DNA from: an uncultured Spirochaetota bacterium | GTDB lineage: Bacteria > Spirochaetota > Brevinematia > Brevinematales > JAOACQ01 | Assembly: GCA_963835575.1 (NCBI GenBank) | Contig: CAWIGG010000006.1 | Coordinates: 352,001-416,000 of the forward strand | Length of the DNA: 64,000 nucleotides | Direction of reading: 5' to 3' | Shown here: in pieces, positions 54,201 to 64,000 of the stretch | How the letters are laid out: every line of letters begins with the position of its first letter | Numbering within the stretch: the stretch's first letter is position 1 | Notes under the pieces: model-generated | Told to the model about the DNA's origin: nothing | Databases searched by the model: none | The model's input: only the letters and a program-made list of their open reading frames with translations | Program-made: the position numbers and the translations under genes

Positions 54201-54385
54201 TCAGTCTCAATGACTTCTGGGGCAGCGCCTTCAAACCTGATATTAACCGAGACTACCGGAAAATCGACATCCGGAAGCTGGCTGATCCCTATCCTCATGA
54301 GTGAAATCCCGCCCAATACGATGAGCCCGGTCATCAGCATCCAGGCGAATAATGGGCGTTTAATCGAAAGTTCAGATAAAGTCAT
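51260..54385 (-). CDS. AcrB/AcrD/AcrF-family RND transporter
   Basis: SIKRP, PDVDFP, VGIVVDDAIIVLEN, GIVKKNSIL, RLRPILMT; 1041 aa. Confidence 0.95.
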   Translation of the reverse strand: MTLSELSIKRPLFAWMLMTGLIVLGGISLMRIGISQLPDVDFPVVSVNIRFEGAAPEVIETEIVDTVEDAVMSIQGVRHVTSQSENSEGTVTIEFDLSRNIDIAVQDVQAKVAQIQQRLPKDAKPPTISKVNPEDQPILLLTLDSDRYPLRYLMEFVNDRLKNQFAMVAGVGDITLGGYVDPNLRIWLSAKSLNYYDLTVSDIVDAIQKGHSESPAGTINKDNKQLFVRTMGEATTVTQFENLSIDQRNGQPNYAMLSLKDVAKVDEGLADVTRLSRGNGVPGVGLSIRKQRGANSVNVAKDIRAKVDEIQKSLPEGMHLAINFDSTRYIEQSVKELNFILILSILLTAFVCWIFLGSWSSTLNVLLSMPTSVIGTFIVLYFSGFTLNTFTLMGLSLSVGIVVDDAIIVLENIVRHQERGKNRMTAAMEGSREISFAATAATISIVAIFLPVAFMSGVIGKYFFQFGVTITVAVSLSLVNALTLTPMFCSQFVDAGSRKTRIGSLIDWLLSGLTNIYKHTLSWVLEHRLIVITLAFTFFFLSFMTLRFINKEFLPAEDQSRFNIRLKTPIGSSLAYSDSRFSEVEKFLATRKEIDRYVLQVGGGSPGDANSGQVLVTMKDRGHRGIDKDAGHELSQQEFMALCRSRFNKIQDVRAVIQDLSMRNFVASRGFPVEFTVQGPDWDALAKYSSQIMAELDKTGLITDLDSDFQEGAPELHIIPNRKKAIAYAVSISSIDQTVNAMIGGIIVGTYLEGSHRYDINIKLEDTGQDPKEKIKSLYVWNSHGERIPLYKLVDIEEKNTKITVNRYNRERSVTIYANVKTGKFQQNALQAVEAISKRILPAGYYITMSGSSKTFDESYQSLIFALVLGIFIAYMVLAVQFNSFIDPITVLMALPFSASGALIALFVSGRSINIYSMIGLILLMGIVKKNSILLIDFTKRVRVGGAKSVKDALLEACPIRLRPILMTSLATIAGAIPPALSIGPSAESRIPMAIALIGGIIVSTLLTIFVVPCVYSVLCRFEKRRPESSQAKLKGSLKRG

Positions 54386-54673
54386 AATTTAAAATCCGCC
54401 GGAATAAATAATCTGGGACCACCAAAAAAATGTTATATTTGTATAGAATCATTTATCCTCCACAATTATTATCTGTTACTCGCAATGAAATACTTAACAA
54501 TCAGATAATTGCTTGTGCATGTGAAAAACCTAATTCATTATATTTTAATAGTATTAAGTTGGCAAATTTCTACCAAAACTAACCAAACCAGCCAAAAGAT
54601 TTCATCAAATAACCAACAATTATGTTAAATGATTAGTTAAATAAAGATGTGAATATTTTTAATTGATTGTAAT

Positions 54674-54810
54674 ATATAGACTTAGATATGCTCGGAGAGA
54701 GGGGGTTACGGATAATGCGTAATTCCTTATATACCATAGAATAACAAAACTTCCAAAAAATTTTACTGACACCTGGCTGACAAAATAAAAACATCTATTT
54801 TTTAAAAATC
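54674..54810. repeat. att-like direct repeat copy 3
   Basis: Highly similar to 50973-51110. Confidence 0.88.
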
Positions 54811-54971
54811 CAGATACTTTATTTAATAATTGGTAATAAATTTATAATCCTTTTCTTATTTTAATCTTAATCACACACTTGAGGCGTTACAAAGTTAAAA
54901 TCCGGACTGAATGATCATATTACCCGAGAAAGTTATAAAATTATTAAATAAGCCATTTTCAATATGACATC

Positions 54972-56367
54972 GAGTTTTTGTCAAATGTTGTGTATGACAT
55001 ACCCTCTCATTTTTTTATGCTGCCTTTTTTACAAGCTCTCCGTTCTCAAAAACAGCGCCTTCCAATACAAGGCTAATCTTTTCATAACCTCTTAATTTTC
55101 TCCATCGCCTGGATGCCTTATCCAGTAATTTATAGACCATTATTAGAATCGTTTCCCTGGTTCCGCAGCCTCTCATCTTTTTAGTTCTTAATCGAACTGT
55201 AGAGAAGGTAGATTCTATTACGTTTGTCGTACGGATATGTACCCAATGTTCCGCCGGACAGTTATAAAATTCGATCATAAGCTCCCAATCCTTTTCTAAA
55301 CATTCGACAGCTGCTGGATATTTAGGATTAAAAACCGCCTGGAATAATTCAAAAGCTTTGATAGCATTATCCTTATCAGGAGCATTGCATATCTCATGAA
55401 GCATCTCTTTTGCCTTTGACTGTAATACTTTGGGCAGCTTGTTTAGAATGTTCTTTATCTTATGAACCCAGCATCTCTGCCATCTGGATTCAGGATATAC
55501 TTCTTTGGCTGCTTTCCAGAATCCAAGGCTTCCGTCTCCGATAAAAAGAATAGGACCTTTCAAACCTTTTTCTTTTAGGTTTCTTAATATCCCTAACCAA
55601 GTCTCGGAATTCTCTCTGTAACCTTCTTCAACAAGAATAATCTCCTTTTCACCATTCTCATTGGCTCCGATCATTACAAGAGTGCATAAACGGTCTTCGC
55701 TGCCCTGTACATTGAAGTAAATGCCGTCAACCCATATATAGCAATACTTTTTATCGCTTAAATCGGATGTCCGCCACTCATCATATTCTTTACCCCATCC
55801 TTGTTTCATTCTGCTTATACTTGAGGCTGATAATCCTTTCGCTTCTTCACCAAGCAATCCTCTCAAGGCATTCTCCATATCCATCTCTGAGACTCCATAG
55901 AGATACAACAATGGAATGGCTTCCTCAATTCTCAGGCTTTTTCTCATATACGGCGGTACTATTAGGCTTTGAAAATTGTCGCCTCCGAGTCGGTTCCTTG
56001 TTCTCGGAATACATACATCAATAGCCCCTCCACCAATGAGAATCTGACGGGCTTTATGATACCCATTTCTTACTATTGCCTTTCTCCCGTCTTCGATAGT
56101 TAAATGCTCTCTCTCCTGAAGAAACCCATTAATTTCATCTTCCAGAGCCTTCTTGATTATTTCCCTGGCCCCGATCCTTGCCAATTCTTCAAGACATAAA
56201 AATTCTACTGTTTCATCTTGATTAAAAGCCTGTAAGAGCTTAAAATCTTCGTTGTGCTTCGGCATATGGCGTATTCCTCCTTTTGTTTATTGTCGTAAAT
56301 AAATTATAGAGGGTACGCCATCTTTTTTATAATATTTATTCCTATACACAACTTTCTATTATAACTC
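54972..56367 (-). mobile_element. IS256-family insertion sequence
   Basis: Imperfect IR GAGTT..GTTGTGTA; perfect 9-bp TSD TATGACATC (54963-71 and 56368-76). Confidence 0.92.
55015..56265 (-). CDS. IS256 transposase
   Basis: RNGY, YIWVDG, GDGSLGFW, QRCWVH, RTTNVIES. Confidence 0.95.
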   Translation of the reverse strand: MPKHNEDFKLLQAFNQDETVEFLCLEELARIGAREIIKKALEDEINGFLQEREHLTIEDGRKAIVRNGYHKARQILIGGGAIDVCIPRTRNRLGGDNFQSLIVPPYMRKSLRIEEAIPLLYLYGVSEMDMENALRGLLGEEAKGLSASSISRMKQGWGKEYDEWRTSDLSDKKYCYIWVDGIYFNVQGSEDRLCTLVMIGANENGEKEIILVEEGYRENSETWLGILRNLKEKGLKGPILFIGDGSLGFWKAAKEVYPESRWQRCWVHKIKNILNKLPKVLQSKAKEMLHEICNAPDKDNAIKAFELFQAVFNPKYPAAVECLEKDWELMIEFYNCPAEHWVHIRTTNVIESTFSTVRLRTKKMRGCGTRETILIMVYKLLDKASRRWRKLRGYEKISLVLEGAVFENGELVKKAA

Positions 56368-56504
56368 TATGACATCGCTGATTCATTCGGCAGCTTTTGC
56401 GACAGACTCCCGTGTTAAACGCTGGCCCGGTCGAAATCGGAACAAATAGCAAAGCCACGGATGGCGATGTATGTCAGTAGTTCAACTAATTTAAATAGGA
56501 GTTA

Positions 56505-57263
56505 TTATTTTGACATTAATAATCTTTTTCTTTCTTCAATTATACTTTTATATTCTTTCTCATTTGTTCCGCAAACGAAATTATCTACAAATTCCCAATA
56601 TGCACTTAGCATTTCGTTTTCATTCCCATACTTATTCTTTTTACTTATTTTATATTTACTTATATTATCAAAATCAGCAATTTTTATATCGATTGAAGTT
56701 TTTACTTCAGGTATTAATCCAAAGAAAAAAGCATCGGCACACATACATAAGTTTTTGGATGTTGCAATTTCCATTTCATTTTGGATTGTAACAAATAAAT
56801 CATTAAAATTAGTAATCTCATTTATTTTATTATTCATTAGTAACTTTTCTGTTTCAGGAACATCTTCTAATCCATCAGATATTGTTTTGTTATTCAGTGC
56901 TGCGGTTATCATTTCACTTATATTGTTTTTCCTTCTTGCACTATTTGGAGAAACATATATTCTTTTGTTTTGATTTAAATCTTCTGCTATAATTATATCA
57001 TCGAAATCGATTTTTCCAGGATCATAATACTTCAATGTTTGCAAACCAGCATTTTTTACGTCTATAAATATTTCTAAATTCTTTTTCTGAAAATATTCAT
57101 CATTATTTCTATTCTTTTTATATATCATAGTATTAACTATTGTATTTTCGATTAATTTTTCATTTACAAGGTTAATCTTATAAACATCCCATTGAGATCC
57201 GGAACCAAGATATTTTTCTGATTCAACATTTAACCTATTATCTTTGTGATAATATGTTTTCAC
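56505..57263 (-). CDS. Hypothetical cassette-like protein with kinase-like motifs
   Basis: YLGSGSQWDVYK and IKIADFD; GTG start with AAGGGG RBS; very AT-rich. Confidence 0.55.
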   Translation of the reverse strand: MKTYYHKDNRLNVESEKYLGSGSQWDVYKINLVNEKLIENTIVNTMIYKKNRNNDEYFQKKNLEIFIDVKNAGLQTLKYYDPGKIDFDDIIIAEDLNQNKRIYVSPNSARRKNNISEMITAALNNKTISDGLEDVPETEKLLMNNKINEITNFNDLFVTIQNEMEIATSKNLCMCADAFFFGLIPEVKTSIDIKIADFDNISKYKISKKNKYGNENEMLSAYWEFVDNFVCGTNEKEYKSIIEERKRLLMSK

Positions 57264-57282
57264 TTATTCCCCTTATTCCCGG

Positions 57283-59307
<2,025 letters not shown>

Positions 59308-59329
59308 CAAGGATGCCGCATATAATTCT

Positions 59330-59548
59330 CTATTTCAACTTTTTATGAAATCTATTATTATCAATGTCTTTTTTTATTAAATCTAGAAAAAACGATTCTT
59401 CATCTTTATTTGCACCATATTTATAAATATTTCCTTTTTTATCTTTATAAAAATATTTTATATAACCTTCACCAATCTCAATATTAATTTCATACTCTTC
59501 ACCATCCTTATCTGTATAACGAAAGACTTTCATTTCATTCATAATCAT
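59330..59548 (-). CDS. Hypothetical cassette protein
   Basis: Short AT-rich ORF with RBS GAGG, coupled to the upstream ORF. Confidence 0.5.
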   Translation of the reverse strand: MIMNEMKVFRYTDKDGEEYEINIEIGEGYIKYFYKDKKGNIYKYGANKDEESFFLDLIKKDIDNNRFHKKLK

Positions 59549-59816
59549 CCTCTTTCATAGTAACTGAATATAAATCAATATAAGTAACTAAAGATTCAAC
59601 TAATTCGTCATTTGACATATCATCAACTGATTTCAAGAATTTTTCTTTTGCTTTATCAAAGCATTTAATAAATAAGCTATCATTTGGTAGTTCTTTTGAA
59701 TGTTTAAGTTTTTCAAAATATTCTTTTGCTAATTTTGTTCGCTCTTTTAAAGGTCGATCACCTAATAGTAAAATTAAACCTTCTGTAAGTTTTTGAATAG
59801 GATAATGATCAGACAT
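59535..59816 (-). CDS. Hypothetical cassette protein
   Basis: RBS GGAGG before ATG; first gene after the attC R' box. Confidence 0.55.
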   Translation of the reverse strand: MSDHYPIQKLTEGLILLLGDRPLKERTKLAKEYFEKLKHSKELPNDSLFIKCFDKAKEKFLKSVDDMSNDELVESLVTYIDLYSVTMKEDDYE

Positions 59817-60095
59817 AAAACCTCCCAAAATATTTTTGTTTTTTCGCCAAGGATGGCGAATAATTTATAAAAAACTCCGCAACTTTCAGCTAACGGTGCG
59901 GCTAGGCGACGTTTTGCGGCCCGCAGGGTTGGCGCAGTTTTTGCATTTTCAAAGTTTCCCCTGGAATTTACAAACACCGTTTTTTCAAAACTTTCCTAAA
60001 TTTATTATATTGCAAAAAACGTGACAAAGCAAAATGTGGCGAAGCCCGAGGAGCGCAGGTTCGCAAACCGAGCACCGCAGCGCCCAGCCGCTGTT

Positions 60096-61817
60096 GAGTC
60101 TGTCGAAAAAGTGATATTTAATGTAAATTATTATCGATATAGCTTAAAATAATGAATGAAATAAATCAATAGCGGAAGGTTATATGGCAAGATACAAGAC
60201 AGTTAATTATGAGCAGATGGAAATGATACCGCTCAATTTTTCAGATCAGCTGATCGAAGGAACATATGAACACACACTCAATTTCCTAATCGAGGAAAAG
60301 GCTGACCTTTCCTGTTTTGATATAAATTATAAAAATGATAAAACAGGCTCGAAAGCGATTTCTCCGGCAATTCTTCTGAAAATAATCCTTTTTGCCTATT
60401 CGAAAGGTATTACTACATCACGCAGGATTGAGGAAGCTTGCCGGGTGAATGTCATCTTCAAAGCCCTGTCCGGGAATACCGTTCCAGACCATTCCACTAT
60501 AGCCGCTTTTGTTACCGGTATGAAAGACCGGATTAAAATAGTATTTCAGTTTGTGCTGATGGTCTGTTCTTCTGCGGGATTGATCGGCGGGGACATGTTC
60601 GCCGTTGACGGCTGTAAATTGCCTTCAAACGCTTCTAAAGAATGGAGCGGTACATTCAAAGACCTGAAAAAGAAACAGGAAAAGTTTGAAAAGCTGGCGG
60701 CATTTCTACTGGAAAAACACGCGCAAGCTGACTGCTCCGGCGAAAATGAAAAGTCTAAAGCGCTTCAAAAAAGATCGGAAAAAATACGGAAGAAAGCGGA
60801 GAAAATCGATGCCTTTCTCAAATCCCAGAATCCCAAATACGGCAAGCGGGGACGTGAAAACCAATCGAATATTACCGATAACGAAAGCGCGAAAATCAAG
60901 AGTTCCCACGGTGTGATACAAGGTTATAATGGACTTGCGGTAGTGGATTCAAAGCATCAGGTGATTACCGCGGCGGAAGCTTTTGGTTTAGGCCAGGAAG
61001 GGGAAGTATTGAAGCCGATGGTTGAAATAACGGAGGAAAATTTAAGCGTGATAAAAGGAGAAACAAATCCGCTGGAAGGAAAAACAATACTGGGGGACAC
61101 GAATTATTTCAGCGAAGAAAATCTAAAATATCTGGCGGAAGAAAAGAAGATGGAAGCTGTGATACCGGACAATCAATTTCGAGGGAGGGATGAACGGTTT
61201 ACCGATCGGGGAAGGTTCAAGCCGAAACCGATGAAATACCGGGAACACGATTTTGAAAAAAATGAAGCTGATAATACTTATATATGCCCGAATGGAAAAA
61301 TATTAAGCTATAAGGGATACCAGAGGCAATTGAGTAATTTCGGCCATAAATATCAGGCCAGGCAGGCGGATTGTTCAAAATGCGGGAAAAGGGGACAATG
61401 CTTAAAACATCCCGATAAGACAAGGCAAAGAACATTATATCTGGTGGACAAAAGAGGGGATAAAAACTATTCAAAAGAAATGGTAAATAAAATTGATCTG
61501 CCGGAAATCAGGGATTTGTACAGCCGGAGGATGGGAATAATTGAGCCGGTATTCGGTAACATCCGTTCTTGTAAAGGTATGGACCGTTTTACGCTCAGGG
61601 GTAAGAGTAAGGTTAATATCCAGTGGCTTTTGTTCTGTATAGTGCATAATATTGGTAAAATCCAGATATTTGGTAAGATTTAAGGGGGTGTTCATAGCCA
61701 TAATACCGGCTTGAAATTGGAAAAATGGAAAATCCGGATAGAGAAATGAAAAATGATACTCTATCCGGCTTTCAGAAGACAGTTTTTATTCTCGTTTTTG
61801 GCTTTTTCGACAGGGTC
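60096..61817 (+). mobile_element. IS1182-family IS inserted in attC
   Basis: IR GAGTCTGTCGAAAAAG / CTTTTTCGACAGGGTC; 3-bp TSD GTT. Confidence 0.9.
60184..61683 (+). CDS. IS1182-family transposase
   Basis: LLKIILFAY..SRRIE, PDHSTIA, VDGCK, NITDNES, QGYN, ICPNG, IEPVFG. Confidence 0.93.
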   Translation: MARYKTVNYEQMEMIPLNFSDQLIEGTYEHTLNFLIEEKADLSCFDINYKNDKTGSKAISPAILLKIILFAYSKGITTSRRIEEACRVNVIFKALSGNTVPDHSTIAAFVTGMKDRIKIVFQFVLMVCSSAGLIGGDMFAVDGCKLPSNASKEWSGTFKDLKKKQEKFEKLAAFLLEKHAQADCSGENEKSKALQKRSEKIRKKAEKIDAFLKSQNPKYGKRGRENQSNITDNESAKIKSSHGVIQGYNGLAVVDSKHQVITAAEAFGLGQEGEVLKPMVEITEENLSVIKGETNPLEGKTILGDTNYFSEENLKYLAEEKKMEAVIPDNQFRGRDERFTDRGRFKPKPMKYREHDFEKNEADNTYICPNGKILSYKGYQRQLSNFGHKYQARQADCSKCGKRGQCLKHPDKTRQRTLYLVDKRGDKNYSKEMVNKIDLPEIRDLYSRRMGIIEPVFGNIRSCKGMDRFTLRGKSKVNIQWLLFCIVHNIGKIQIFGKI

Positions 61818-61839
61818 GTTGTACGAAGGTCGGGCCATT

Positions 61840-62370
61840 TTAAAAATTATTATTGTTATTTGTACTATTTATAGAGTCATAAATATTTCTTGATTGTAAT
61901 ATTAATAATTTTTGAACTTCATAAATTGAATTTTTTTCAAAATTTAAATCAAATTCTCTTCTTATCTTACCATCTCCAAGATAAATATAATTTATATATT
62001 GAACTCTATACTTTTTATCTTTTACATCAATAATTATTGTATATTCACACATTGGAGTTATAAATAGAAATGGGAAATGGACAACTCCTTTCCCAATTAT
62101 TTTGCCTGTATTTATGTCCTTATTTTGAATAACAGATTTAGAGTCATTATAATTAATGGCAATCCAATCTGCTAATTTATTATATATTTCTTCTTTTGTC
62201 TGGGAAACTTCATATACCAAAGATAAGTTTGATTCATCTAATAATACAATATGAGTATCATTTGTTATTAGGTCGATAAATGATTTTGAACCATTGGTTA
62301 AAGTATTTGTTTCACCAAACGAGAAAATATTAACCATAAACAATAAAAATACCATTAAAGTAATCTTCAT
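61840..62370 (-). CDS. Exported DUF4468-like cassette protein
   Basis: RBS GGAGG, signal peptide, KEEIY..WIAINY..SVIQ..GKIIGKG..IDVKDKKYR. Confidence 0.65.
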   Translation of the reverse strand: MKITLMVFLLFMVNIFSFGETNTLTNGSKSFIDLITNDTHIVLLDESNLSLVYEVSQTKEEIYNKLADWIAINYNDSKSVIQNKDINTGKIIGKGVVHFPFLFITPMCEYTIIIDVKDKKYRVQYINYIYLGDGKIRREFDLNFEKNSIYEVQKLLILQSRNIYDSINSTNNNNNF

Positions 62371-62411
62371 AAATAAACCTCCATAAAATTCTTTAAAACA
62401 ATACGCTGGCC

Positions 62412-63748
62412 GGTCCGACTTCAAGACATAGGTTACACTTTAGCTTCAGGACATCGGTAACCCTTTTTGAGTACAAAATGCCCTTGAATTACTATTTCAG
62501 TATAGACCTAAATATAAAAGTATTCAAGTCCATACTACCTATCAGATTATTTTCAAACCACACATCCATAAAAGCTTTGCTTTTACTTTTTAAACCAATA
62601 TGATAACCATCCAACGCATTTGTAATAAATACACGCCGACCTTTATAATAAATGTAACCTCTGTTATTAACCTTTCTGCTGATGTATCCCTTGGGATATA
62701 CAACCCAATCGGCTATCCCATCATAACTCCTAACCGATTTTATATAGACCATTGCTGGTGTTTTCATTCCAAGGCTTTCATGCGGTCTTTCCTCGTTGAA
62801 CTCTTTTCTCCATTCGTTGAATACTGCCTGGTGCAGCTTCAGGCTACCGCTGATTTTGTTTTCCAGTTCCTTTTTCATATCCAGGTGCATCCTTTCATGT
62901 GCTCCGTTCTGATAGGGAGAGCCGGGATCAATTCTGTCCAGCTTTATGCCCAGAGACAACCACCATGCTGATAGTCTGGTTAAACCAAGTAAACCCTGTG
63001 TACTGGCAAACGGCGGCCCATTATCGGATTTTATCATACTCGGTAATCCATATTGCTTGAAGAGTCTGTCAAATTCAAATTTGACGGAACTAATATCACC
63101 TTTTTGCAGTATGGCTATGGATAAAATATATTTGGAATAATCATCACGTACTGTAAGTGGTTCGCATCTTTCCTGCTCGGAGGTATACCACCAGCCTTTG
63201 AAATCCACTGTCCAGATATCATTTGGTTTTTTCGGTGCTACCCTGTTCTGTATTCTTTCCGGATGTATGTGTCGTCTTCTTTTCCTTAATTCTACAAATC
63301 CGGCCTTTTTCAATATCCTTTCGACAGTGCTTAATGAAGGAATTTTATTATCCGGGTGGTTCCTGACATAAACCGACCTGATTTTCTTAGGTCCCCAATT
63401 CTGCTTCGTTTGCTTGATACGGATGATCTCGCAGATTATTTCTTCAGAAAGTTGATTAGGGCTTGAAAGCGGTTTCCTAGATTTTTCTTGAAGACCGGAC
63501 AACCCTTCTTCATAAAACCTTTCTTTCCACTTATAACCGGTTTTTGTGCTGATCCCATATTCAGTACAAAGCTCGGTAAAGTTCACACCTTTTTGGAATG
63601 ACTTTTCAATAAAAGCTAATTTCAGCTTCATGATATTAACCTCCTTCCAGGGCATTGTCAGCCTCCTTAATGAGATCTGACCTAATTATACCTGGAAAGT
63701 GTTACCTATGTCCTGAAGCTTTTCCGTTACCTATGTCCTGATTTCACA
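62412..63748 (-). mobile_element. IS481-family insertion sequence
   Basis: One end reads TGT on the minus strand; two TCAGGACATAGGTAAC-like repeats at each end; other end and TSD degenerate. Confidence 0.85.
62492..63655 (-). CDS. IS481-family transposase
   Basis: MPWKE, ISTKTGYKW, WTVDFKG, SDNGPPF, NGAHERMH, RPHESL. Confidence 0.93.
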   Translation of the reverse strand: MPWKEVNIMKLKLAFIEKSFQKGVNFTELCTEYGISTKTGYKWKERFYEEGLSGLQEKSRKPLSSPNQLSEEIICEIIRIKQTKQNWGPKKIRSVYVRNHPDNKIPSLSTVERILKKAGFVELRKRRRHIHPERIQNRVAPKKPNDIWTVDFKGWWYTSEQERCEPLTVRDDYSKYILSIAILQKGDISSVKFEFDRLFKQYGLPSMIKSDNGPPFASTQGLLGLTRLSAWWLSLGIKLDRIDPGSPYQNGAHERMHLDMKKELENKISGSLKLHQAVFNEWRKEFNEERPHESLGMKTPAMVYIKSVRSYDGIADWVVYPKGYISRKVNNRGYIYYKGRRVFITNALDGYHIGLKSKSKAFMDVWFENNLIGSMDLNTFIFRSILK

Positions 63749-63760
63749 AGCCCGACTTTC

Positions 63761-63937
63761 GTACAACGGTGGGTATACCTGACGTTTGCGAGCCTTAGAG
63801 CCAGGCTTGCCGCTCTTAGGCTCGCAAATGTGCCGAACTTTTTGTCTTTCTCCTCCGACCTACTTTTCAAAAAGTGAGGCTGAGCACCGCCCGGAACGCC
63901 AGTGAGGACGGAGCGGAACAGGTATACTGTGTTATCT
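63761..63937 (-). other. attC site (177 bp)
   Basis: Minus strand AGATAAC-ACA-GTATACCTG ... CAGGTATAC-CCACC-GTTGTAC; internal branch hairpins like those in the other attC. Confidence 0.82.
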
Positions 63938-64000
63938 GCCGTTGCGAGAATATTTCTAAATAGGTTCAAACTCAATAAATTCAGCTTTATTTGTTTTGAA

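Larger units (their letters stand above)
59888..61824 (-). other. attC site (about 210 bp when the IS1182 is removed)
   Basis: Minus strand GTACAAC-A-GCGGCTGGGCG ... CGCCTAGCCGC-ACC-GTTAGCT; follows the stop of the 61840 gene. Confidence 0.78.

Noticed and set aside
59774..60024. Short ORFs over the attC site (also 63727-63975)
   Set aside because: Spurious frames across palindromic attC sequence

Overview
Bacterial chromosomal window, probably a spirochaete (inferred from LacI-GGDEF fusions, many lipoproteins and Leptospira/Treponema-like attC architecture; not proven). About 1-33 kb is mostly ordinary accessory metabolism and transport: GH5 C-terminus, ABC-2 operon, two GGDEF proteins, an alpha-2-macroglobulin-like protein, a MarR/heterodimeric ABC/HlyD/TolC operon, a Cys/Met PLP enzyme and a GntK-Gnd fusion. 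Its intergenic spaces carry a family of periodic inverted-repeat elements, one of which still encloses a decayed GxxExxY nuclease gene. About 33-64 kb is a layered mobile region. It holds an IS1182-like element splitting a serine hydrolase, and a cargo-carrying IS21 whose istB Walker A is interrupted by an intact Recombinase-In-Trio (RIT) element. That RIT has a tandem double core site at its right end, and both 6-bp spacers resemble the target, suggesting cis-encoded DNA-guided targeting. The region also has three tRNA-Ser-like att repeats, a VapBC pair and an orphan RND pump. It ends in the distal part of a minus-strand integron-type cassette array with two long attC sites and no integrase in the window. 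The array is invaded by IS256, IS481, an IS1182 inserted exactly at the attC AAC triplet, and a group II intron whose EBS1 pairs with the loop of a small repeated ANGGAT hairpin that delimits genes. All family calls come from motif recognition by eye, with no database searches. Several single-base frameshifts could be assembly errors.
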